DNA of 64,000 nucleotides from Octopus vulgaris (taxonomy: Eukaryota): assembly GCA_951406725.2 (NCBI GenBank), contig OX597825.1, positions 29,450,001-29,514,000 on the forward strand. The letters are read 5' to 3'. Shown here in pieces: positions 42,361 through 56,346 of this stretch. The notes under the pieces are model-generated. The model had not been told where the DNA came from. It saw only the letters and a program-made list of their open reading frames with translations, and searched no databases. The position numbers were made by a program, and so were the translations under genes. How positions within the stretch are numbered: position 1 is the first letter of the stretch; the number at the start of each line of letters is the position of its first letter.

Positions 42361-43463
42361 TAGCTGTGTAGAAGAACAGAACAGAAAATAGAAAACTGCT
42401 GGTCTTTCATAAAACCTTTGCCCAGTTCTGCACCTTGGAGAAGAACTGTTCATATGCAGATTCAAGGACACAATATATTACCTGGACTAGGAATTGAACC
42501 CCTGATCTTATAATCACAAGTTAAACTCCCTAAGAAATTGTTGATATATCTTTACAATACAAACAAGACACAAGAAACCCCCATATTATGTACCAAAAAA
42601 ATGTAACACTTAAATATCATGTCATGCAGGGTACAGTAATTTGAATATAGAAGTCTTCTTAAAACTTAATCTTTTCACAGAATTCAGGAATCTCTTGACT
42701 TGGTACCTAATCTGGTTTCTAAAGGTTTTCCAAACAAAAGCCTAATCAGTTCTTGGATATTTTGTTAACCTTTCTTGGAAGTTTTGGTTTCTATTCTCAA
42801 CAGCTGAATCAACAAAGGTACACAGAATAAATCGTTTTTGGCTAAAGATGTAATGAAATACCTGCTTTGAATATTGCTTTGAATTCATATACCCTGAGTT
42901 GATTTCTAATACTGTGACTGCTCAACCGTTTCTTTTCTACCTGCTTACATTTAATAGTCTATTTGTTTTTATTGACATATATAAGCAGACACTTTCTAGC
43001 AGACATTTTATGCAGTACTTTTTATTTGTTCAGTGATAAATAATATATATTTGAATATTTGTGCTTGCACGTATGTACATAAGTGAGGAAAAAATAGAAA
43101 GCAGTTATGCAAAAAACTGTAAACACAGAAGAAATAAATATATAGATAAATGATTCCTAATAAATACTATGGAACACAAGAAAATAATAAATTGTTTGCA
43201 TCATTGGAAAATATTAATTAATGTTGGTTTCTTAAGGGTAAATGAACTGATGTAAAGTCAAATGACAAGTATTGTGAGTACAGACATTGCTGAGTAAACC
43301 AACATATACATAACACTTAGTCTCCAATGCCAGACAATGAACATTTTATGATGATGGCATGTAAAGTTGTCTCTTTTCTTGTTTATTATATAACATATAT
43401 GGTAGCTCATTGGGGTCATATTCATACGAAAGTCATTCAAAAATATTTCATTTTTATAACCAT

Positions 43464-44045
43464 AGGTGCAGGAGTGACTGTGTGGTAAGTAGCTTGCTTA
43501 CCAACCACATAGTTCTGAGTTCCACATGGCACCCTGGGCAAGTGTCTTCTATTATAGCCTTGGGCTGACCAAACCCATGTGAGTAGACAGAAACTGAAAG
43601 AAGCCCACCATATATATATATATATATATAAAGGTAAAGTTTACGAAAATAAACAAAAGACGAAGGCAGGTGGTGTGCAAACAAACAAACGTATTAGTAT
43701 AGCGCTCATGAATAGAAAAAGTCTTTTACGTTTCGAGCCTACGCTCTTTGACAGAAAAATACACAGAAAAAAACAAGGAGAGAAAAAAAGTGTGTAGTAG
43801 CTAACGATCTATCATATATATACATTTATGTATGTATATGTTTATGTGTCTATGTCTGTCCTTCCACCATTACTTGACAACCAATGTTTGTGTGTGTATA
43901 TCACCATAACTTAGCAGTTTGGTAAAAGAGACTGACAGAATAAGTACTAGGCTTTCAAAGAATAAATCCTGAGGTTGATTCGTTCAACTAAAGACAGTGC
44001 TCCAGCATGGCTGCAATCAAATGACTGAAACAAATAATAGAAGAC
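43464..44045 (+). mobile_element. SINE family A interrupted in its (TA)n by a Penelope-like element
   Basis: Head at 43464-43608, insert at 43631-43812, tail ending ...tgactgaaacaaataatag. Confidence 0.85.
43721..43758 (-). ncRNA. Minimal type I hammerhead motif, probably inactivated (A6U, G8A)
   Basis: TTTT-CTGTCAA-A-GAGC-GTAG-GCTC-GAAA-CG-TA-AAAG. Confidence 0.6.
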
Positions 44046-45029
44046 AAGAATACTGTAGTTCCATCAACATATTTATGATACCATGAGAAATAGGAACTGT
44101 AAATAAGTACTTGGAACTTTGTGAATCAAAGTAAATATTAAGAGGTTTTCATCTTAATTATGGGAAATAAATATATTTTTGATTTTATTTTAATAATTAA
44201 TTTTTATTAAATAAAAGAATAAAATGTGTATTTTAATGACAATTTTCATATTTTCCCCTTCACATTTTCAAAGATCCCAAACATATGATATTGCACCCCA
44301 TACAACAAAGTACCCTGCATGACAGCCCAACTGCTAATACCTTCATCCAGCCTTAGTGGTAGATATTAAGATTGTACAACTTTGCAATAGAGACTTTAAA
44401 GGTGCCAGTTTTGACTGTTGATAGAATGGGAACATAATCAGAAATGTTTGCGTGATTACTTTTACATAAAGCAGGAGACAGTGCAGAGCTGCTAAAAGTT
44501 AGCAAGATTAGTAAAGGATAGAGATATTTTGATCAAAAACTAAAGATATGACAATTGATTTTATAAATGTAAAAGAGATATTCTGCATTAAAATTCAAGT
44601 GAAATAGCGTAGGATTAAAATTAACGAAAGCAAAGAAGCAAATGAATAAACAAAATAAGATTAAACACTATAAGACTTTCTTGAAGACAAAGTGGTTACA
44701 TGGAAACAAAGAACTTCCTACATTTCTTAAGACCATATTGAAAATGAATATACTAGGCTTCTGTGACTGATCAATAATCAAACAGCTAGTTAGTTTTTAA
44801 TTAGGTTAATAACCCTGCAATTAGACTAATTAAAGATCATTAATTCAACAGTTTCAACAGCAGAAATGGCTGTGAGATATTGGAGTGGATATCTTGTAAT
44901 CAATTAGACCTGGAGAAAATCCAACAAAACCAAATTCTATCAAACACTCAACAATGTTACTGCATTGTTTAAATTTATGATTTCCACTCATCTTAAATTA
45001 ATGAAGCTGCTTCACTTTTGATCCACTTA

Positions 45030-45834
45030 GGCAGCAAATTGGCACTATCATGAGAACATTGGATTGAATGCCTCACAGTTTTTGTTCCAACTCTCTGTGC
45101 CCTGAGATCAAACCCCACTGAGGTCAAATTCGCCTTTCATCATTTCAGGGTTGATAGAAAAAAAAGTACCAATCCAAGATGGTGGACTGACAGAACTTTA
45201 AGATTATTACAATTGTGGAATTTCCTTTGGCATTTCACATTCTGAGTTCAAATCCTGCCTTAGCTTACTTGGATAATGAACTTAATCTTTTACCTGATTT
45301 AATGCCTTCATCTGGCTGGCACTTTAGCAGAGTCTTCTCTATTGCTAGCATTTAATCCAGGTTTCCAGTTTGAGGATTTGTCAGAATTGTTAGAGTATCA
45401 GATAAAAAATAGACTTTACAGTATTTGTTTTGGCTCTTGACATTCTGAGTTCAAATCTTACCAAGGACAACTTGGACTTTGAGTTATTCAGGGGTTGACA
45501 ACATAAAAACAAACAATATAGAACTGGGGTCGATGGCATTAACTAACCACTATCCCACCAAAGTTATTAACCATCTGTCTAAATCAGAAACCATTATTAT
45601 TGTTGTTGTTGTTGTTGTTATTCAGGTGAACTGGCAGAACTGTTAACATGATGGGAAAAATACTTAGCAGCATTTCGTTTGTCTTTATGTTCCAAGTTCA
45701 AATCACAGCAAGATCAACTTTGCTTTCCATCCTTTCAGGGTCAATGAAATAATTACCAGTGGAGTACTGGGAGTTGATGTAATCGACTTATCTTCCCCCA
45801 CCAAATTCCAGGCCTTGCGTCTATATTAGAAAGG

Positions 45835-45836
<2 letters not shown>
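45030..45836 (+). mobile_element. Cluster of three or four degenerate family B-like SINEs
   Basis: Repeated ctgagttcaaatc...gcctttcatc.tttcagggg blocks near 45100, 45240, 45445 and 45690. Confidence 0.7.
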
Positions 45837-45897
<61 letters not shown>

Positions 45898-45932
45898 TTT
45901 ATATTTATTTTATTTAAATTTGTCTCATACAT

Positions 45933-46321
45933 TACTCTTTTACTTGTTTCAGTCATTTGACTGTGGCCATGCTGAAGCACTACCTTTAGTCAAGCAAATC
46001 AACTCCAGGACTTATTCTTTAGAAGCCTAGTACTTATTCTATCAGTCTCTTTTGCTGAACCGCTAAGTTACAGGGACATAAACACTCCAGCATTGGTTGT
46101 CAAGCGATGTTGGGGGGACAAACAGACACACAAACCTACACACTCACATATATATATACATATATACGATGGGCTTCTTTCAGTTTCCATCTACCAAATC
46201 CACTCACAAGGCTTTGGTCGGCTTGAGGCTATAGTGGAAGACACTTGCTCAAGGTGCCATGCAGTGGGACTGAACCCAGAACCATGAGGTTGGTAAGCAA
46301 GCTACTTACCACACAACCACT
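45933..46321 (-). mobile_element. SINE family A, full length
   Basis: Collinear with the 12775 and 13645 copies. Confidence 0.9.
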
Positions 46322-47694
46322 GAAACAGACCGGAGGCACAGGAATAGAAGAAAACCCAACTAACTCTTTTTACAACATTCAGATGCAACTGTCAATGTTC
46401 AGAATTTAAATTTTGTTCGGACATCAGTACTAACTTTCATTGTTCTGCGGTCAATAGAATGTGTTGCATTAAAATTTTTAAGTTCACTTTAATTGGCTTT
46501 GCTTCTGCCCAGATCTGGCCTCATGCCTAGTAGACACTAATCTATATATTTTTTTATTACTGTTATTATTGGTGTTGTTGTTGATGATATTATTATTATT
46601 ATTATTATTATTACTATTATTATTATTATTATTACTATCATTACTATATGTATAAAATTCTTTTATAAATTTGACATGGGTTATAAAAAGAAACCGTGTT
46701 GATATTTTTGTATAGATTGATTTGCAATAATTAATTTTTAGATGATTTAGTGCATCCAACTTCGAGATATACAACATTTCAGTAACATATGACTCTATTG
46801 TCTAATGTTCAGAAAGAAAACTGAAAAAAAAATTGTTAATATTATCGATTAAAATAGTGTAAGTGTTATAAAATAAATATTGAAAGATCAATTCTATTTT
46901 AAGATTAAACAAATCTGGCTAACGTTATTTCAAATGCGAATTTTATTTATTTATTTAATTTTTTACTTGACTTTCTTTGATAAATGGTCTTACCAAAAAC
47001 AGATTCATTTGAACTTTTGTTTTTATTTATATATTTCACATTTAAAAAAAAATTCTTTTATTATAAATTATTATTTTTATTTCTATTGTTATTATTATTG
47101 TCGTTATCCACCCTCGTTTTCATAACACTTCAAGTATTAGAACACACATAATTCTATCCTCAGATGAAATTTTTCCTACCTTTGTCGCTTGAAAATGATT
47201 AATTATATTTATTTTGTTAATATTTAAAGGATTCTTTACTCTTGTTTTTAAAATATAATTGATGATGTGAATGTAATTTCATTTAATAAAAATATAATAA
47301 AAAGTAAAAGTGATTTTTTAAAAGAAAACACAAAAAATAAATACATATACAGCAAAATAAAATGCTATTTGTAATTATTGTCAAAACATTGTATATAGCC
47401 AATATGAAGAATATCTTTTTATATCTGATAGAAATAAAATTTACCATATGCTGATGTTGTATTAATGTTGGTGATCACAGGTTTTAAGTTCACAATAACT
47501 TATAAAAGCAGAATTGTGTACATTCCAAGATTTGTTAGGTACCAATTAAATCTTCTCTACTGTTTGTAGTCATTCTGGAAAGACCTCGATATATAAATAT
47601 TGTTACTGGGTTTTCTTGCATTACATTTTTCTTAATTCATCTCCAGCCCTTCGTTGAATTGTAATGATTGACCCATGAAATAAAAATAGCTTCA

Positions 47695-47922
47695 TTCACC
47701 CTTTCATTACTGTATTTATTTTAAGATGCTCTGTGGTCCTTTCAGTTACTTTAAATATAACAAAGAATTTAGTAAAATAACTTAGTTATCATTCAGCTAG
47801 TGTCAGGAACATAAATTGCAACTAAGGTTTGGTGGTGTATTTTAATTTAAGACTTATGAAAACAAGACATTTGTACTCAGAGCCAAAGCTGGTTTCAGCT
47901 GGGTTGGTAACGAAAGGGTTAA
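47695..47922 (-). mobile_element. piggyBac-type MITE
   Basis: TTcA-CCCTTTCATTAC...GTAACGAAAGGG-TTAA; reverse complement of 17381-17610. Confidence 0.85.
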
Positions 47923-48823
47923 TTATTTTCTGGAATATGAAGATTTTGTATGTGTATTCTGTAAACTAACAATTAACATACATGCATTCCCATATACAGT
48001 CAAAGATTATAAGTGGAAACTCTCTGAGGGACAAGAGAAAAGAAGGAGAAATTTCCAGGGAAAGAACTCCTATCAAACAAATGCTTCAGTTTGTTCTGAC
48101 TCGCTAAGGGAACCAGACCCACCTAGGTCATGACTCCTAGGTGTCCTCCAGCTGTTTTCAAAATGTTGCCTTTAGTGGCAATTGAACCCACAACCTTCTG
48201 GTGATCTTATTTCCCTGAACAGTGGTATGTACCACTTGGCTACATAGACCACTGGAAGAATTTCCACTGTGAATCTATTCAAATCTGACTTTTCTTCTGC
48301 CTGTTCTCTGTCTAGTGGCTTGTAGTACTTTATAGTCATAAATATTCTTTGATCAACATTGATTAGATTCATTTAAGTCACTCTCTTGCTCACTCTGCCG
48401 TCCGTGCTTCCATTTGTTCTAAAGTTGTAGACTAACCAAAGATTTTGTTGATGTTGTGTCACAATGCTCTGATTTCAAAGAAAATATTTCTGAAATGAAG
48501 TTTCTGAAAGACTCTGAAGCACATTTTTTTCCCCTAGTTATTTTAAAATCACTGTTTTAAATCTCCATAAAACATTGCTTGTTAGTTTTTCTTGTTAGAT
48601 AAAGTCACTGATAAAACACCTTTTGAGCTATCTTAAAATCAAATACACAACAAGCATATACACATGCATTCATTTGAACACCTACGATATTTTTCTATGG
48701 ACATCCATACACTAAAAGAAATACAGATATACATATACATACATTACATTTACATACACATGCACATGCACATACATGTGTATAAATAAACATATAATGC
48801 AAATGTATATATGTATATATATA

Positions 48824-48965
<142 letters not shown>

Positions 48966-50200
48966 TAGATGCGTGTGTGTATGTGTGTATGTATATGTAT
49001 GTATACATAGACATATATATACACAGACATGCACACATACTTATGTAGGGGTGTATACATGCACACATACTTGCATTTAGGAAATTCTAACTATACACAA
49101 GCAATTGAATTCTTACTAATTAAACACATAGAAAGGGAAAATAAATATTTGATAAAAGTTAGTAAATGAACAAGAAAACTAGCACCTCATTGCAAGCATG
49201 AGATTGTTGAAAGGAAAGAGAAGAGCTTAATGTTGAAACAAGCAAATGTATAAATCATTTCATGCAATGATAAACAAACCAATTACAAATACAATTAGGA
49301 TCTTCTTTCTCAGCTTTATTTTAATATTTCCTTTTTTTTTTTGTTTTGATTTTTATCGTATATTTTCCCATTTTATAGCAATTAAATTCTTCTTTTTAGA
49401 CTTGAAAACTTAACACTGAAGTTTCTAACAAATGGTTATCTGTACTCTGTATTGTTTTCTTCTTCGCATTTTCTCTTTGTGCTTTTGCAATTCCAAGCTA
49501 TAAGAATATGTGTGAACCTGCATGAATATAATTTCTGATATGGTAATTGTTTCTTCTTTTAGAATGTTACTTATAAAGCTATCTTATTTTTGAAGTCAGC
49601 TAAAAGTTGAAATGTTTTGTAATTATATCACAGTCTCTACAGATTAGAATTTTTGTCATATCAACACTTTCCCCCCTTGAGGCATATGAAGTTTTGTTGA
49701 TGATTCATTTTACTTGTAATCTGATCTTGAACATGGTTCTTGCTTACCGATCTCTGATGTTAGGTTATAAATTTTATTCAACAACATAACATCATACTTC
49801 CAAGAATGTTATTGTTTATTTGCTTAAGATATTAAAGAGACTCAGACAACCAGGCATTTCTGTACATTTTAGCCATGGGATAAACAATTAATTCCTGTGA
49901 GAAAGACAATTAATTTTAAAAGGCCATCTTCTTCACTTGATTGTGTATAGGTATGTATCTCAAGGTAGTGTAGCTGTCTGTTTTAAAGAAACACAGTAAA
50001 ATTGATGAATGTTTCTTTAACAATGGAATGAAGAGGAATGGTTCTTCTAGATTAACTTACTCCTGAATTTCATAGCATAGAAATGAAAATAACAGTAGTA
50101 CATCAAATGCAGAACAGGTTATAAAACTCATGAGAGTAGGTAAATATAGGTATGATTATTCAAGCTATAGCTTATAAAACTTTGAAGTCACTTTTTATTA

Positions 50201-50372
50201 AGGCATAGGAGTGGCTGTGTGGTAAGTAGCTTGCTTACCAACCATATGGTTCTAGTTTCAGTCCTACTGCGTGGCACCTTGGGCAAGTGTCTTCTACTAT
50301 AGCCTTGGGCCAACCAAAGCCTTGTGAGTGGATTTGTTAAACGGAAACTGAAAGAAGCCTATCATATATATG

Positions 50373-50450
<78 letters not shown>

Positions 50451-50665
50451 TGTATGCATGTTTGTGTGTCTGTGATTGTCCCTCCAACATCGCTTGAAAA
50501 CTGATGCTGGTGTGTTTACGTCCCCATAACTTAGTGGTTTGGCAAAAGAGTCCTATAGAATAAATACTAGGCTTACAAAGAATAAGTCCTGGGGTCGATT
50601 TGCTCGACTAAAGGCGGTGCTCCAGCATGGCCACAGTCAAATGACTGAAACAAGTAAAAGAGTAA
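50201..50665 (+). mobile_element. SINE family A, full length
   Basis: Head ggcataggagtggctgtgtggtaag, internal (TA)n(TG)n, tail tgactgaaacaagtaaaagagt. Confidence 0.92.
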
Positions 50666-52177
50666 GTATTTGTATAACACGAATTAGGGCAGATTAACTT
50701 TAAAAGAATTAATGTAAATGGAAAATGAATACCTTTTTTGGGCAGAGAAGGAAGAACATAATCTGTAATTGTTTGAGTATGCCTTGACGGTAGAATGCTA
50801 GAACTCAGCTGCTGCTGTTTAACTCCTGCAATTAACCTTGGTTAAACAAACCATAAATCAGAGACATTCTCATCATAGCATTTCCCTCTTTTTAGGAAAA
50901 TATGTAGAATTACATTTTTCAATGTGTCCTTTCTTTCCCAAGATTTTGGGGATGTAATTTGAGAGAGATTTAATTGTTGTTTCTAGTAAATCGAGTGACC
51001 TTGTAGTGGTTTACAGCTCAATAATCAAATATAATTGAATGATTACTCTTGATGACTTAAGTGGATGCTAATCAAGAACTTCAGTTACACAACTGTAATT
51101 AAACTGTTTGGCAACAAGAGAGGCAATGCATAATGGGATTAGAGCAATGTAACTTTGCTTAATCATCATTAAAGAGAACCAGAAGGTTCTTGGTAATATA
51201 GAGAAAAAGGATATAGAAATGATTAAAAAAAGACAAACTGAAGAGGTTTTGATATAGATGTTCCGAAGCATATCTATATCCTCTCCTATAAATATATATT
51301 TTCTATCCCCTAAAAGTCACAAAATACATAATTCCATTTTACAGCCGCCATAGAAGCACCCATGGCCTATAACACGAACAAGGAAAATGTCCAATGACAG
51401 TTGTAAACTAAGAAGCTAAGCCATGTTTATCATGAAAGCTAGATATTTTCATGTGTATCTGATCTGAATATCGATCTATTATACGAAAAGTACATCTCAT
51501 AAAAACAAATATAAATGCCAGAACTAGTTATTTATCATTAGTAAGTAAAGGTTTATCTGTTCTATTTAAATATCTTTTGATAAATAGACATTTAGAACTG
51601 TAAAAGAGAAATAGCAAAACAGATTTGTTTGGAACACAACCTTTCAATCAATGATTCTAAAACTTGTTTCTAGTTATTTCATTCTGATTTTGTTTTTCGA
51701 TTTTACAGTAGTTGCTGTAGGTTGAAGCGTTTTCGTTCATAAGCATCAGAAGTATCTACTACGATGTGGTTCACTGATAAACACTGCAGGCTCACAATGT
51801 CACAGATATCAGCGACACTTTTGAATTATATGTACACACGATACACATACACACACATATATTTATAAAGATAGAGATATATGCATGTGTGTGTTTATAC
51901 ATACAGTATACTACCAACAAATGACGACTCTTGTGTTGCTTCAATGTAGTGTAAACTCACCACTACGTACCCAGCCAATCCACATATCCTACATGTTGAT
52001 ATACTTAGATTCTAATGAATTCTGCAACTGATCTATACATACATATATATGTGTGTGTGTGTGAAGGAGTTTATGCATAATCATACTAAATAAAGAGATG
52101 AATTATAGATTCATAAAATCTAAACTTAACTCCAACCCACAAAATTACTGGCCTTGTGCCAGAATTTGAAACCAGTA

Positions 52178-52225
<48 letters not shown>

Positions 52226-52528
52226 GTTTGAACATAGTTTGAGTTGAAACACTCCTGTCACAACCTGGGACCTTGAAGACTGCTTTAATGCAAGAAAATA
52301 TACCAGTCCCTTAATATTTGATATTCAATATTTCATCTATTCAATAAGACAATCAATACTTCATTTCATTTTACTATATATACTATCTATACTATATATT
52401 CTATATTCTACATTAATATTATAAAGAATATAAATAAAACATAAAAATCAGACAGAGTTGGAGTTCCTTTGAGTAATATATATATGATGTTAAACAATGA
52501 TGATGATGATATATATATATAAATATCT

Positions 52529-52569
<41 letters not shown>

Positions 52570-52572
52570 CAT

Positions 52573-52625
<53 letters not shown>

Positions 52626-52641
52626 CATATATATACACACA

Positions 52642-52682
<41 letters not shown>

Positions 52683-52848
52683 AACCTACAAGCACATAAG
52701 GCTTAGCAGAACATTAGAGATGCTTGTGAATGGCAGCTCTGAATATATAATTGGCTGTTATGTTCCTTAGTGAGTTATGAATTCAAGAAAAACAAGAATC
52801 CTACTCATTCTCTTGTCATTTTGTCTCCTTTTGGTTTGCTCTTCTGAT

Positions 52849-53075
52849 CAACATTTTGTAACCATATTTCTGCTGAAAGAAACTGTCTTGTTTCAATTAA
52901 TTTTGAAACTAATAATAAAAGATTTATCAAAATAACATTCTCATTTTAAACTGGTGTTTGGAACATAAATTAACATGAAATTTGGATAAAAATGTTTTAA
53001 TTTACATAACTTTAAACTGAAACTTTATTCCATAGAACTAGGGAAAGTCTCAGGTGGTATGATATCAAAAGGGTT
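52849..53075. mobile_element. Old piggyBac-type MITE copy
   Basis: Similar to 8277-8501; ends tatcaaaagggtt. Confidence 0.6.
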
Positions 53076-53204
53076 GTTGTGTAGGTTAGCTGACAAAATA
53101 TATCTGGTTATAACATCAAAGATTCACAGAGAATAAACCATAAAGACACAGCAGAGAGATATTGGTTCTGCTAGAGATAATTTAATATTATTTAATTAAA
53201 AAAA

Positions 53205-53590
53205 GGCAGCTAACTTGCAGAATTGTTAGTATGCTGGGTGAAATGCTTAACGGTATTTTGTCTGCTGCTACGTTCTGAGTTCAAATTCTGCCGAGGTTGA
53301 CTTTGCCTTTCATCCTTTTGGGGTTGATTAAATAAGTACCAGATATGCACTGGGGTCGATGTAATCGACTTTATCCGTTTGTCTGTCCCTGTTTGTCCTC
53401 TCTGTGTTTAGCCCCTTGTGGGTAGTAAAGAAATTGGTGTTTTGTCTCAAATTCCACCAAGGTCATCTTTGTCTTTGCTCCTTTTGGAATCAATAAAATA
53501 AGTACCAGTTATGTACTGGGGATCAATGTAATCGACTTAACACCCAGCCCCAAAATTACTGGCCTTGTGCGAGAATTTGAAACCAGTATT
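53205..53590 (+). mobile_element. SINE family B, full copy plus tandem partial copy
   Basis: 53205-53433 matches 30932; 53445-53590 restarts at caaattccaccaaggtc with a different tail. Confidence 0.85.
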
Positions 53591-54609
53591 ATTTAATAAA
53601 TAAAATCTCATTAATTTAATTATTTTGTAAATGTCTGACGTACACCTACCAAATATTTCCTATGATGGGACATAAATACAGAGGATCTACAACAACTGGT
53701 GTAGAATGAGAAGGACATTATTTGTTGGGTGTAGAATGCTAACTTACAAAACAACATTGGTCTTGAGCTATGGAAGTGACTGTATATTAAATATATGTGG
53801 GGGGAAAATGACTCAGTTAATATAGATATAGTTTTAATATGGGTGACACATGTTTGCTTGAAAAGTTTAATATCTACTGCTGAAATGGTACATATGGCAG
53901 AATTCAATAAATTGAACTTTGAGTAGTATTCAGAACAGAATTCAGTTTACTTGGTCGAAGGCTTTTATGCATAATCATGCTAAGGAAAGAGATGAATTAT
54001 AGATTCATAAAATCTAAAATGTATAATTGGTATAAAACTGCTGAGATACTGATGATAATGGTGGTGGTAGTTATTGTTGTAAACTATTTCAATGCAATTT
54101 GTTATCTTTTCTTTATTATAATATTAAATTCCTCAAAGATTTTACTTACTTCAATAAATAGCATCAAGCAAACTTTTGTCAAAGAGATCAAAGTTAATCT
54201 ACTTCGGGTCATAGTAAATTCAAAAGTCAAAGATTTAAAATTCTTGCATCAAATCATGTTTTGAAGATCTTAGCAAACTTATTAGTATGTGGTTTGATAT
54301 GTTTCCAGTCAATAAAGATGTAAATAATTGCTATGGGATAGGTGCATGCCCTACTGTAAAGTAAAATGCTGACCTTTCAACTGTTAGCATTGAATTCTCT
54401 ATTACATTGTTCTTTCCCATAGTTCCCTGTATTATTGGAAGTGTATTTCATGAAGCATATTAACACGCTGACCACCACAGCCTGCTTCTGGAACTTCCCA
54501 GTGATGCCACATATTTCCAGTCACACTGCATATTGTTCAATTATGAGGAAATGGAATTGTTTTGCATTTTTACAATATTTCATAATTAAACTTTAATATT
54601 TAGCACTTG

Positions 54610-54750
54610 TTTGAGTTCAAATTCTGCCGAGGCCGACTTTGCTTTTCTTCCTTCTGGGGTGGATAAAATAAGTACCAATTGAGAACTAGGCTTGATGTAA
54701 TAGACTTATCCCTAACCAAAAATTGCCGGCCTTGTGCCAAAATTTGAATT
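54610..54750 (+). mobile_element. SINE family B, 5'-truncated
   Basis: gagttcaaattctgccgaggccgactttgc...ggccttgtgccaaaatttgaa. Confidence 0.8.
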
Positions 54751-54929
54751 CGGTATTTAGCACCCATGTTATTTAAGTATCCTCGAAACCATGTCAAAGA
54801 TAGAGAATAACATATCTTCTGAAATTATGAAAATGTACCACTGATGGTGCATATGATGGCTGTGTGAAGTCTGTAATGAAGCACCGGTGGCACATGTGGT
54901 GGTTGACATGTTGAAAACATACAATAACC

Positions 54930-55160
54930 TATTTCTTTACTACCCACAAGGGGCTAAACACAGAGAGAACAAACAAGGACAGACAAACGGATTAAGTCGA
55001 TTATATCGACTCCAGTGCATAACTGGCACTTATTTAATCAACCCCAAAAGGATGAAAGGCAAAGTCGACCTCAGTGGAATTTGAACTCAGAACATAGTGG
55101 CAGGTGAAATACCACTAAGCATTTCAGCCGGGGAGATAATGTTTTTGCCAGATCGCCGCC
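54930..55160 (-). mobile_element. SINE family B, full length
   Basis: Reverse complement of 53205-53433; flanked by direct repeat aacatacaataacct near 54916-54930 and 55163-55177. Confidence 0.9.
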
Positions 55161-56302
55161 TTAACATACAATAACCTGTTCACAGAAATCATTGAAACAC
55201 CATTTCTTTGTCATATGACACCAGGTTTCCTTATTTGTGATCTCAAGGAAATATAATAATAAAATAAAAAAAAATGATAAATGGATTTAATCTGCACTCA
55301 ACCATAAGGATTCAGTTATTTAATCAACTGAATTAGTTTATGTGGCTGGGTTTACAGATACAAGATCCATTAACATAATCCCTTAGTAGAATCAAGATGA
55401 CACTGTGCATTTGAATTACAGATTCAATGTATCTTACAGGATTCCATACTGTTTTCATCCACTCAATTTCATTCACAAGGTTTGCTCCAACTCAAGGCAA
55501 TCATAAAAGTCACTTACTCAAGATGCCACACAGTGGGAATGAACTCTGGTTCTTGTGATTGCTAAGTGAAGTTCTTAGCTGTTTAGCCTTAAAGAGTAAA
55601 TTAATTTTGTTTATTTTCCAATAGCATCCCTGTTCCCCACCCCGAAATAGACTGGTTCACAAAGTGCTCAAATCTTTTTTCAAACAAATGTAATGGAATG
55701 AAAAAGGCAGAAACAATGTATCAAATGTTTAAGCACAACTATTCCAAGCAAAGAAGTCCTGTTGGGATTGCTGAATTGACAATATCAAAAATTAAATACC
55801 TCTTCTAACAATTAATTTAGAACTTCAAGGAAAACATTTATAAACATCTTATTTAAAACATACATACATTATGATACCACTGATATTTTATCAACAAAGA
55901 AGGAAGAGATGCAGAGAAAATGTGGACAAAAGAAGTAAATAAAAAATATAAATATAAGGCAAAAAAAACCCCAGAAAAAGAATACATAAAAAGTATAGAG
56001 AAATGAAATCTGCTTTTAGTCAGTGCAGTTTTTTTTTCTTTCTGGTGGAAGCATGATGTAACAGGCAGATTATTATAATAAACTTTAAGCATAATTATCT
56101 CCCCCACTAAGATATATGGCGATATGGTTGATTGCCATTGGATGCAAAGCTAATTATATATTAATAGCACATCAAAAACAATGAGATATAGGATATTGTA
56201 CAATATAACCACCTGGTGCTCATATCTTCATGCTAGATTTTCCCCAGTAATTATACTTAAAAAAAAAGAAAAAACAACATGGAATATTTTTAGTTGTACA
56301 CA

Positions 56303-56346
<44 letters not shown>

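Noticed and set aside
48120-48372. 8-bp inverted repeat CACCTAGG/CCTAGGTG and the adjacent 66-aa ORF
   Set aside because: Too short to exceed chance; the ORF has no recognisable similarity or splice signals.
51690-51830. Plus-strand acceptor (ttttacag) and CpG-containing patch as a possible exon
   Set aside because: No convincing donor or reading frame.
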